Assembly (NCBI RefSeq): GCF_006345805.1 | Contig: NC_043006.1 | Coordinates: 85,932,001 to 85,996,000 of the forward strand | Reading direction: 5' to 3' | Source of the DNA: Octopus sinensis | Lineage: Eukaryota | DNA: 64,000 nt | In this document: positions 11,775 to 23,900 of the stretch, piece after piece | How the letters are laid out: every line of letters begins with the position of its first letter | Position numbering within the stretch: the stretch's first letter is position 1 | Notes under the pieces: generated by a model | What the model saw: the letters and a program-made list of their open reading frames with translations, nothing else | The model's database searches: none | What the model was told of the DNA's origin: nothing | Program-made: the position numbers and the translations under genes

Positions 11775-13664
11775 TTAAATTATAGATAAATATAAAAATG
11801 TAAAATGAAAATATAATGAAAAAACTAAGAGACATCTGTTTGTGTTGTAAAGTATGGAAGAATAAAGTGATAGTGATGCGGCTGAAATACTATTGTCCTG
11901 CTATTTCTGTGTGTTGCAAACTAAATAACTGAGAGATATACTCCACATCCTGTAAAGTCTCCTAGCTTCTCATTTATGACTCACTCATGTTCATGAAGAA
12001 TGAACTGATGCTGCCAGATGTTACAATAAACAATATATGCGATATTTTAAATGAAGGTAGTTGCTTGAGCTGCTAGAAATAGCAGTCTAATTTGACTTGA
12101 AACACATCATGTGATCTTAAAAGTGAAAGGATAGATTAAATAATCTAGTCTTAGACACCCCTAAAAAGATCGGATAACTTCCAGAATATATCTCACAGGT
12201 TTGGTTGAACTGAGTTGATTCTGAGCTTAAACAACTACAACATGAGTTTCAACACTGTTATTAAACAAATTTAAAGAAAAAAAAATAATAAAAACATGAA
12301 ATTACATTGGCATAAAAACCAACAAACCACATCTTATGTGTTTTTTTTGTGAAAGGTTTTAGGTCTGCAAGTAACCAAAAAGCCTAACAGAATTTTCCCA
12401 AACTAGATGCATGCCTTGAAACAATATTAATGATGTATGCAATCTTTTCTTTATTACAACAAACACTCAATTGAATAAACACTATTTAGTTTTCACAAAA
12501 TAATTATTCAAAAAACTTGTGGCAGTAAGGTATAGGCATGGCTTTGTGGTAAGAAGCTTCCTTCCCAACCATAGGGTTCTGGAAGAGACTGCGCGTCCTA
12601 GTGCATGGCACTTTGGGCAAGTGTCTTCCACTCTAGCCTCAGGCCAGCCAAAGCCTTTTGAGTGGACTCGGTAGATGGAAACTGAAGGAAGCCTGTTGTG
12701 TGTGTGTGTGTGTGTGTGCATGTATAGTATGTACCTATTACATTATGTCAATTGACATAAACTCCCTATATGTTCTCTCTCTTTGTATGTATATATATAT
12801 ATATATATAAGTGAGTGTGTGTCTTTGTGTTTGTCATCTCCCACCACCACTTGTTGGTGTGTTTATGTCCCCATAAGTTAGCAGTTTGGCAAAAGAGGCT
12901 GATAGAATAAGTACCAGGTTTAAAAAAATATGTACTGGGGTCAAGTCATTGAGCTAAAAATTTCTTCAAGATGGTGTCCCCACATGGGTGCAATCTAATG
13001 ACTGAAATAAGTAAAAGATAAAAGATAATATTTAGAGTGGGGTCATTCTGCTTACTAATAGAATCACTTGGAAATTTTTATTCAAAGAATAATAGTTCAG
13101 CATCTATTTTCTATATTTTCTGATTTTAAGATGATATGGTGTGCTTAGGGGCACAGGTGAGGCTGAGAAGCTTGCCCCCCAACCATGTGGTCTTGGGTTT
13201 AGTCCCACTGCATGGCACCTTCAGTTTTCTATTATGATCCTGAGCTGACTAAACCCTTGCGAGAGGATTTTGTAGATGGAAACTGGAAGATGACTGTCAC
13301 ATATGTATGAGCCTTACAATAGAGAGGACTAAAGACCGAGATATCTGATGCACTACTGTACTAAAGAAGAAGCATCCACCATAGCAGAATTGATGATACT
13401 GGTGCCATGTTAAAAGTACTGGTGCTTGTGCCACATAAAAACCATCTAGTACACTCTGTGGCGTGGTTGGCATTAGGAAGGGCATCCAGCTGTAGAAAGC
13501 ATGCCAGAACAGACAATAGAACCTGTCCAACCCATGCCAGCATGGAAAATGGATGTTAAATGATGATGATGATGATGAATGTATCTCTACATGTAAGTAT
13601 GTGTTTATGCATACTCTTGTCTTAACATCATGTGATAGTTGCATATAAGCATCATCATACAAGT

Positions 13665-16089
13665 TAGTTAGTTAGTTAGTTAATTTGGCTCAAAAGCAAA
13701 TAGCAAGGCCATGTAGGGGGACATGGAGTTAAGTACAGGGTGGTGTTCATGTAAAGAGTTCAGGCCACTTGAGGTCCAGGGAGGCTTTGAACAAAGCGGT
13801 CGTCGGCATCTTCACCATCTTGTCTGGTAGCTTGTTCCACGGATCCGCAACCCGGACGGAGAAAGCTCCCCTCCTTCGATCGAGATGAAATCGTCGCAGG
13901 TAGAGCTTTTCGGAATGACCCCGCAGCCGACGCTCCGGAGCAGGAGTGAAGAACAGCTCTTTCGAGAGGTTACACTTCCCGCTTATGATGTTGTGGGCGA
14001 GAATGAGATCACCACGGCGGCGGCGTTTTTCAAGAGAATAAAGGTTGAGCGTCCTCAGCCTTTCTTCGTAGGACAAATTTTTGAGACCATGAACCATGCG
14101 GGTAGCCAGCCTCTGGACTCTTTCGAGGTGCTGTATGTCTTTGAGGAGATAAGGAGAAGAGGCTTGAATCCCATACTCCAATATGGGTCTCACCAGCGTG
14201 ACATAGAGTGGCAGGAATATGGCTGCTGTGAGCATTCCGAATGACCGTCGAATCAAAAACAGAATTCCACGCGCTTTGTTGGCAGCATGGACGCACTGGG
14301 CCGAAGGCGAAAAGGAGGAATCCACCAAGATACCCAGGTCCTTTACCTGATCGGTCCTCTCCAGCAGCAGACGACCCGGCTCGAAATCAAGTTGAGTTGC
14401 AGGAGTAGAGCCGACAGGCAGATGACAGCACTTTGACATGTTCAGACACAGGTCCCAATCGTTAGACCACTTCCAAATTTGGTGGAGGCATCGACGAAGA
14501 TCCTCTATACTACCGCGAGGAGCGACCAGTTTGATGTCGTCGGCAAATAGAAGGGTGTGTTGTGTGAGGTCGTCGGGCAAGTCATTTATGAAGACTAAGA
14601 ACAACAAGGGCCCAAGCACTGAACCTTGAGGCACGCCACTGCTCGCACTGGAGACGTCGGACCGCGAACCATTAACTTGAACTTGGAAGGAGCGATCTGA
14701 GAGGAAGGCACCAACCCATCGTACAATATCCGGATGGAAACTATATGCTTGAAGCTTGACAAGTAGTAGGCGGTGGTTTACCGAGTCAAAAGCTTTGGCA
14801 AAGTCCAATAAAACGATGTCAACAGCATCACTATCATCGAGGATGCGCGTCACCAATTCTTCCATTACTAGTAAGTTGGTCAAGCATGATCTCTTCGGCA
14901 CGAAGCCGTGTTGAGAATCAGTGATCGAGGCTGTGTTTAGGAGGTGGAGCATCATACTTTTCTTAAGGATGGTTTCGAACATCTTGCTGATTATTGATGT
15001 AAGGGAAACCGGTCGGTAGTTAAGCGGGTCTTCACGGCTCCCTTTCTTGAAAATTGGGCAGATTATCACTGTTCTCCAGTCTGCAGGTATAACACCCGTC
15101 GCCAATGACATATTGAATAGTCGTGTTAAGGGCTCGCAGATGACCGGAGCCAATGCTTTGATAACCCGTGGGTGTATGCCATCAGGGCCGTGACCCTTGT
15201 TGACATCGAGGCCTTGAATAACACGTTTGACTTCGTCCCGCGTGATGATCAATCGAAGCATTGGAGGTACCGATCTATCAAATGGAGGGGATTCACGACC
15301 ATCATCTTGTTTGAAAATAGTTGAAAAAGCCTCGGCAAATAATTGACTCTGTTGATAAGGGTCCTCAATCGATACGCCTGTTGAGTCTACCAATGTTGCA
15401 ATCTGGTTGTTCAAGCGGGAATTCCGCTGGACATGGGCAAAGAAGGTTTTTGGATTGCTACTGGCATTTGCCGCGATTTTGTATTCATAACTGAAGCGTT
15501 CTTTCTTTTCAATTTTCACGGCTCGGTCTCATTGAGTTTTGTACACCTCAAAAGCTGCAGTCGAATCCAGATTTTTGAATTCAGCCCAAGCAATATCTCT
15601 GAGTCGACGTTCTCGTTTAACCTTCTTCGTCACCCAGGGCTTGTGTTTCTTCCTCTTGGGAAGCCCAACGGGAACTGCCTGGTCAGTCAAACAGATTACA
15701 TATGCTTTGAAGGATGACCATAGTTCGTCAACTGAGGACAACGTCATCAGGGAACGCCAGTCCAGAAGCGCGGAAGCCTCGGTTAGAATTTCAAGATTAA
15801 TTGCAGAGAAGACTCTACGTGGCAGCGAAGTAATCGTGGGCGTGGAAAAAGTTGTGTGCATGACGAACTTCAGGACCGCATGATCACTCTTGGCAAGAGG
15901 GGCGCACACAGATACGTCTGACACTGATCTTGGATAGCGGGAGAATACCAGATCTAGCATAGATGGCTGCTGCCCAGGCCGATGCCTTGTCGGATATTCA
16001 ACATGTTGCGATAGAAAACAATCTTCAGCCACGTCAAGAAGGGCCTGGCCGAACTGGGAAGATGTTGTACAAATTGATGCGGGCCAATA
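13665..16089 (-). mobile_element. Young 5'-truncated CR1-group non-LTR retrotransposon
   Basis: The frame encodes the APE endonuclease C-terminus (LDLVFS...KSDH) and the RT (NYRPVSLTS, DFAKAFDSV, GVPQGSVLGP, LFADD), with a CR1-type C-terminus (RGH..KL, FSVRV..WNKLP). It has a 3' (CTAA)n tail and ACAAGT direct repeats at 13659-13664 and 16090-16095. Confidence 0.95.
13747..16089 (-). pseudogene. LINE ORF2 (endonuclease-RT), a single reading frame broken by one TGA at 15529-15531
   Basis: Track ORFs 15529..16113 and 13747..15519 are in the same frame (offset 594 nt): ...YKTQ*DRAVKIEKK... Confidence 0.9.
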
Positions 16090-18206
16090 ACAAGTACTGT
16101 TATTCATTTTCATTCTTCAGTGAAAAACACATGTGGCCATACATAGGGCAATATTACCTCAGTTGGAAACAGGTGAGGGTTAGCAACAGGAAAGGCATCA
16201 GGCTGTAGAAAAGCTGCCTCCACAAATTCCATCTGACCCATGCAAATACAGAAAAGTGGATATTAAATGAGGATGATGATAATGATATGACTATCCTCAA
16301 ATCATTGCCAAAATCACAACAAATTATCTCTATTTACTACTTGCTTCATAGAGAACATTCATATTAAAAAAAAAAAAGAAAACCAACAAAAGTAAAAACA
16401 AAAATGAAACAAAACAAAACAAAACATACTTTCCCTTCCAGTTGTTTCTAATATATACTCAGTGGCAGACTGGCCAGGTTGCCAACTTGCCTGATGGCAA
16501 GTGGGCCCCTGTGCCATTAGAATTCATATACAGGGGCCCATGTTAGTATCTAAGCGACCCATCCCCTCAAGTTTGAGAATTTTTTATTCACTCCTGAAGA
16601 AACATTAATTATTTCAGCCTGGCTGTGTTTGTAGACAAGTTGAAAATAATACTTTTAACACACACACACATACACAAAAAGAAGTTTTTAATGTGAAACT
16701 GTAGAACGTTCCCATAGCAATATGGCAAGCTGGCTAATGCATTAACACACTGGGCAAAATGCTTAGCAGCATTTCATCCATTTTTATGTTCTGAGTTCAA
16801 ATTCCACCAAGGGCAACTTTGCCTTTCATCCTTTTGGGGTTGATAGATTAAGTACCAGTTGAACATGGGTTGAGGTAACTGACTAAATCCCTTCCCCAAA
16901 ATTGCTGGCCTTGAGCCAAAATTTGAAACCAATATAGAATTCCTACACAGAGAATATATTTTTAGGCTTCCTTTAAGAGCAAAGTTATGAAAAGAGGTCC
17001 AGTAGATACTGTCAGAGAAAAAGGGATCAAATAGATACATTAAAAAAAAATGGAGGAGTGGACATCAAGCAGATACTTTTAGAGAAAGAGTAGTCAAAGA
17101 CACTCCTTGAAAAGTGGGTTCCTAACAACAATCTCTCTCACTCACACTAGAACAGAGCAGAATAAATGTCACATGGGAAAACAAGATCTGAAACCTTCTA
17201 GTTAAACAAACACCTTTAAGGAAAAGTGATCACATCTCTTGTACAAGAACAGACCTACATGCACCCAAATACCCACAAATAAATAAGTAAATTAATAAAT
17301 AGAATAAATAAGCAAATAAAATAATTAAATAAATAAATAGATGTCTGACCTCCTTACAATTTCAAAGTTTAAATAAATTATTTAGTAGCATGGAGATTGA
17401 CTGATGTATATTAAATAACAAAAACGTCATCAGCTGCATAGAGTAAACTTTTGCAAAAAGCATTCCAATGCTAACCTTTCAAAGAGTACAGGCATACCCA
17501 ACCTATGCTGAAAGTGTTATAAAAGGTCTCTTTTTCATTATTATTATCTTTATTATTTGGGATTGTGCCAATGAAATAAATCATTATTACCATCCTTATT
17601 ATATATTCTCATTGCTATGTATTGAGCTGTCATGCTAATGTAATAAAATATAAAAAAATCATTATTCTGATTTTCTTTAACTTTTCACACACACTCTCAA
17701 GATGTAAACTGTTGATACACCCTTTTCACCCACAAACATTCCAAGATTGTGAACAAAATAGAAAAATGTCTCTCATACAGTTCTTACAGTTGAAACTCTT
17801 TTAAAAAAGCCACCATGCTACATCTAGGAAGCAGAATTAAGTGGGTGGGCAATCAACAGTTATTGATATGTACATATAAAAAAAAAAAAAGAAGAAGCAA
17901 GACAGATAACCTTATGACCTGCAGTAAAATATACACCAGATTATGGATGTTAGAATCTACTGTTTATATCACAACATTCCATGTAATACCAGTAGCATTA
18001 GAGAGATATCTATCATGTTGTGTTGGTGAGCTATGTTAGGCATCTGATCGGTTCTCATTCACAGTTCCTGAGCAACTACTGGTTAAGGTGCTCTCAGCAC
18101 ACAGACAATAAATTTGGTTACAGAACATGAACTTTACAATCTCTAAACATTCGTTATTTAATAAGCTTTTGCTCTATTAATGATTTTTTTTTTGCCTCTA
18201 TTAATG

Positions 18207-18251
<45 letters not shown>

Positions 18252-19039
18252 GTAGTTGTTATTTATAACAATAAACAGAGACCAGCAAACTTTTTAACCG
18301 TTTTTCTTTTATTCTGGCAGAATCATTAGCATGCTGGGTAAAATGCTCAGAGGCATTTTGTCCATCTTTACATCCTGAGTTCAAATTCTGAGGTTGACTC
18401 TCCTTTCACCCTTTCAGGGTGGATAAATTAAGTACCAGTGAAACACTGGGGTCGATGTAATTGACTAGTCCCCTCCACCAACATTTCAGACCTTGTGCTT
18501 GTAGTAGTAAGGATTATTATTATTATTATTATTATTATTATAGAGAATCAGCCACAAGGTAAACAGGCAGATTAGACTGCTCCTATGTTGCCTACACACA
18601 ATTAGAAAATTAAAAGAAGCTTAATGGCTTGTTACATTAATATCATAGTTTAGAACAGAAACATATTATTAAGACAGATCTTAGTAATTTTATAAGAGTG
18701 GTAATGAGAGACCAAAACAATATCGAATGGAATGCAGTACCAGTCAGTGGGGTGAAGTTGTGAATTCAGTAATTTGTTGTTGGAAGGCAAGAAAAGAATT
18801 TTAAGAATTATATAGCAAGATCTATCATTAATGTATGGAGTCATAAAAACTACAAATACTTTACTAGCTTTCTGTGCATACACACATACAAACATCTATA
18901 TGAGTGCAGACATGGCTGTGTGGCTAAGAAACTTGTTTCCCAACTATTTAGTTTCAGGTTCAATCTCACCACACAGTACCTTGGCCAAATGCCTTCTATT
19001 ATACTGGTTTGCATGATTTTTATTGATTGTATATCTTTT

Positions 19040-20215
19040 ACGAAATATATATGAAAAATAGTGATCCATGGTGTTTTTTACTCATCTCTATCACATCAAA
19101 ATTATACAGAAATGTTACTTTTCTCTTTTACTGTCAGCCGGAGCCAGTTGAGCCTGGGACTCGTGTCAGGCAGGGTTGTCACTCCCTGAAGTAGTGAAGA
19201 AAATCGCTACCCACTACCTGCTGCCACCACTCCACATCAAATTAGGGCTTATGAAAAATTTTGTGAAGGTCCTGAAGAAGAATGGAGCTGTTTTTGAGCA
19301 CCTGGAGTCAAAGTTACCTCATATAAATGAAGGCAAGCTAAAGGCAGGAATCTTTGTTGACCTTCAGATTCAGGAATTGATGAAGGAAAAGCATTTTGAG
19401 GAAGCATTAGGTGTCAGGGTGAATGCCTGGAGTTTCTTCAAGTCGATTTTTGGGAAACAGTCACTCACCAGAATATGAAAAAAAAATGATCCAGGACCTG
19501 ATTTCAAGTTGGCTCTAGAATGAGTGTCAAGATGTACTTTTTGCAATCCCATCTTGATTATTTTCCCAACAATTGTGGTGACTTCAGTGAGGAACAAAGA
19601 GAGCAGTTCCCTCAGGATATTTGCACCATGGAAGCTTGATACCAGGGCAAATGGGATATCAGTATGATGGCAGATTACTGCTAGTTATTGACACATGATG
19701 GTCTAGAAACACAGCACAAGCAGAATTCAAAGTGGTCTTCTTTCTTCTGAATCAATGTAGGCTAACCATTAGGAGCATATTCTTTTTAGATTCATTTGAT
19801 TTGATGTTGATGATTCACGATTCATTTCATGATGAACATGATTTATTTCATGTTGATTTGGAATATATATGTTCTTGAAACTTACAGTATATGCTTTTCC
19901 GTGATTACTTGCTTCATTTTAATAAAGTAATAGTTTATCAAAAATTCATATTTTTTATTATTATTAACTTGTATTTTATTGAAAATCCTTACGTGATAGA
20001 GCAAAATGGTTTAGATATCTAAAATCAACAACCCAAGAATTCTCAGAGTGGTTGGCATTAGGAAGGGCATCCAGCTGTAGAAACTCTGCCAGATCAAGAT
20101 TGGAGCCTGGTTCGCCAGTCCTCAGTCAAATCGTCCAACCCATGCTAGCATGGAAAGTGAACGTTAGATGATGATGATGATTATATAATTGAGTTATTAT
20201 GTGTAATTTATTGTA
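19040..20215 (+). mobile_element. Decayed DNA transposon of the LPPLHIKLG transposase family (superfamily not assigned)
   Basis: Motifs LLPPLHIKLGLMKNFVK, then across frameshifts MSVKMYFLQSHLDYFP...QDI..ME..YQGKWDISMMADYC. Partial terminal inverted motif ctctatcac/gtgatagag. The right end is interrupted by a repeat at about 20043-20178. Boundaries are approximate. Confidence 0.75.
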
Positions 20216-20556
20216 ATTAATTGATGGACGTTTTATTAGGATAAATTATTAATTAGCACTATTGACATCATCTTAAGAACTATTATGATTACTTCAAAAC
20301 ATTATGGCACTATCACTCCCTCTTTTTAAAGACCTATTGACATATCCTGTTATGGTAAATTTTTTATTTTACTGATTACCTATACACCCTATTACTCCCA
20401 TAGAAAAATTAACTCACCAATTAATGTTTTAAGTTTAGTCATTTACTCAACGTCCTGAAGCATCACATATGCAAAATGGTTTGATTTAAATATATTAAGC
20501 CTTTCACCTTCTTCTTGAGGCTCTTCCTCTTTTCTTTTCTTTTAGGTATTTTTCTT

Positions 20557-20675
20557 CACTCTGATGAAGCTCCATGTTCCAGATCAGATGTATTACCAAA
20601 TATGATGAATATTATTTTCAGAATTTTCAATGGCAATACCGTGGAACATTGGAAGCAGAAACAGCTGTTAGATGG
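20557..20675 (+). ncRNA. Type I hammerhead ribozyme-like motif with a long stem II insertion
   Basis: CTGATGA (20561-67) a gctccatgttcc...ggaacattggaagc a GAAA CAGCTGT T agatgg. Stem I is imperfect. Confidence 0.55.
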
Positions 20676-20908
20676 GATACAGTCTATTTGTATAAAAAAG
20701 TAATAATTGATGTTAGTCAATTGTTGTTGATCAATACTTCTCCATTTGCTGTTTACTTTAAATTTGATTCCTGATAAACTCAGGTTTACCTTATGAGCAT
20801 AATATGCTTGCATAAGTATGCCCAGGATTAACATAGGTAATTATACCAGTAGTAAAACGGATACTTTTTTCCCTTAGATGTTTATTCCAACAGCTAACTC
20901 TACTAATC

Positions 20909-20941
<33 letters not shown>

Positions 20942-23900
20942 TATGCCATAAAAATTTAGAAACTTTGAGAGAATGTAAAATAATTTATATGAAACTGTAG
21001 AAACCCAAACTAAATAAAGCTATAAATAATAGCATGTAAATACAGAGTTAAGAACCCTTTTGGATAGAAAAAGTCAAATGCTTCAACTTTTAAAACAAAT
21101 TATACACACACTCATACATACACACTAAACTGTGTATGTGCATGTGTGTGTTAAAGTATATATAGACTGCCCTAAATAATATAGTTGATTTAGGTAAGAC
21201 ATATTATACCAATATTAATGATTAATTATCTAAGTCGGGTATAGTTTTACATTTTGAATGCATTTAAAAAAAATTCAGGACTAACATATGAGGAAGTGAT
21301 TGTGTTATCAATGAACATAAGAAAAATATGATTAACAGTATATCAAATTCCACTCCTTGGGCAAGTGACTTCTGTTATAATCCTGGACTAGCTGAGGCTT
21401 TGAGAGTGGGTTTGTTAGATGAAAACAGAAAGCTTATTGTATATGTATATACATGTGTGTGTGTTTGTGTACATGTGTATGTCAGAGCATATGTGTGTTT
21501 GAGTGTGCATGCGTATGTGCATGTATAGATGTGTATGTGACTCCAATGCTCAACTGGTACCTATTTTATCAAGCCCGGAATCATGAAAGCAGAAGGTAAA
21601 GACGGGTGAAATACTGCTAAGCATTTTGCCCAGCATGCTAACGATACTACTAACTCGGGGCCTTTAGCGTAACCATCATCTTAGCAGTATCACTTATTTC
21701 AAATTGTCTGTGAAAACATGTCTAACCACAAGGAAATATCACCTTGCTTGGAAACATGTGAGGGTTGGTAGTAGAAAAGGCATGGATGGCTCAGATGATA
21801 TTAACTGAGGTAGAAAACTGCCTCATTGAATTCTATTTCGCTCATACAAGCATGTCAAAGTAGACAGAACACTGATAAAAATGAAGATTACTAGTATTCA
21901 AAGTATTTATTAAAAGTAAATACTTAATATTGGTTTCAAATTCTGACACAAAGCCAGAAACTTCGGGGGAGGGAGTAAGTTAATTATATTGACCCTAGTG
22001 CTCAGTTGGTACTTATTTTATCAACCCTGAAAAGATGAAAGGCAAAGTCAGCCTCTCTGGAATTTGAACTCAGAATGCAAAAACAGACAAAATGCTGCCA
22101 AGCTTTTGATCCAGTGTACTAATGTTTCTAATGATGTTGAAGTACTTAATATTCATAATTAAATGTAATTTGTTCACAAAAAATTTCAGTTGTATTAAGT
22201 TAAACATAGAAAATCCCTGGTGATGTAAGAGACCATGGCACCCATCTGTGTAATAAGAAACTTCTCATTCAACCAATTGCAATCTATTACAGCCCAGTGT
22301 AGTGGTACACAAGTGTACATGGAGGTAAGTTCTTGTTTAAAAGCAAGCTGTTTGGTTTCTGGCCCAAACTACCCTCTCAGCTTAGAATTGAAAATTTAGT
22401 CAAAGAAAAATCGCTTGATATTTCTGTCAGTCCTTGTAACTGACAATACAGCTTTCTTGGTCAGAAGTAGTTTTTTTTTTAAAGTTATAAAGGCATAAAA
22501 CTATTAAGTTATAAAGATTAAATAAACTGTAAGATGAACTAAAACCAAGTGTTTTATGAAGGTTCACCCTCTATATACACACTGGATCCAGAAAGAAATG
22601 TGAAGTGGTTTCTTATCGCTGGGAAAATATAACCACTATAGTGCACCTTTGTTCCAAAACAGTCTGTGAACCACTGAACAGTCATGTCTGACTATGTGCC
22701 ATCTATCCATGTGGCTTTCTCATCATAACTGATTTGAAAACATTTTTATAAATGTACAAAAATGACTCAAAGAAACTGACATTTGTGTTAAACATCATTT
22801 CTTTGGGTGAACTGAGCCAACCAGGGCATATTAAAACCAAGAGCTCAGTTTTAAACAGAATAGAAATGTTGGCATTAATTAATGCCATTCAGGACTTCTT
22901 CAGGCATCAATTAATAACATAGATTTTAATATTCATCAACACAGACATGCCAGAAAATAGTGAAATATTAAAAACAACAATTAAATCTCTTCATACCACA
23001 TCTTACAAGCTTTAAGAAAAATAGATAAAATAGAGAATACAGTCTTAGATGTAGGATGGTAGACACAATCCATTATCTGTTTTAACACTACTGCCTGACC
23101 ATTGGCTGCCTTTTATGAAGTTCACCCCATTGCAAACATACTGAGTTTTCTCCTGATTAAAAGAATAACAAGACAAGCTGGTTATGGATTGAATGTCTGA
23201 TTTGTAGTTTGACTCAATCAGAACTGACCTAGTAAGATCAAGAGGATATCCCTATGAAATGCAAAAAATGTCCACTGTGAGAAATTGACCTCCTCAAAGA
23301 TCACATATGAAAACTAGACTAGTGTAATTATTTTGAACAACTTGACCAGAAGTAAAAGCCAAAATTATACAATGTTGAGGTTATAAAAGAAAATCATTAA
23401 ATGGCCAAACTGAAGGATATCAAGTTAAGACCTGGGTGAGACTGCACTGTTTTATAGTAGGGTTGCAAAATGCACTGATTACTAACTGGCGCAATTGAAA
23501 CATGTTTCGGTCTTAAAAGACAGTATAGAATTAAAGGTAATGCTATTGGTACTTTGGAGTAATCCTTATTTTTAATATTGTCAATATTTATATTCCAGGA
23601 AACCTTTATGGTTAAGGAAATATATTCAGAATTATCCAATGGAATATTCCTCTAATTTCTTATCTTACAAGAACTTTATTGGATTTATGTGTTAACTGTT
23701 GAATAACATATTTTGAATACTTAATTGAAAGCAAGCTGGTTATCGTTTTGGGGTAATTCCTCACTTCTTACTAATATATATATATATATACATCCTCGCC
23801 TGGCCTCTGTGCCGGTGGCACGTAAAAAGCACCATCCAATCATGGCTGTTTGCCAGCCTCGCCTGGCCTCTGCCGGTGGCACATAAAAAGCACCATCCAA

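Noticed and set aside
13885-16208. Plus-strand ORFs overlapping the LINE
   Set aside because: They are antisense shadows of the GC-richer RT frame.
23474-23510. CTGATTA...GAAACATGTTTCGG
   Set aside because: The core is mutated and there is no stem I, which is too weak to call.
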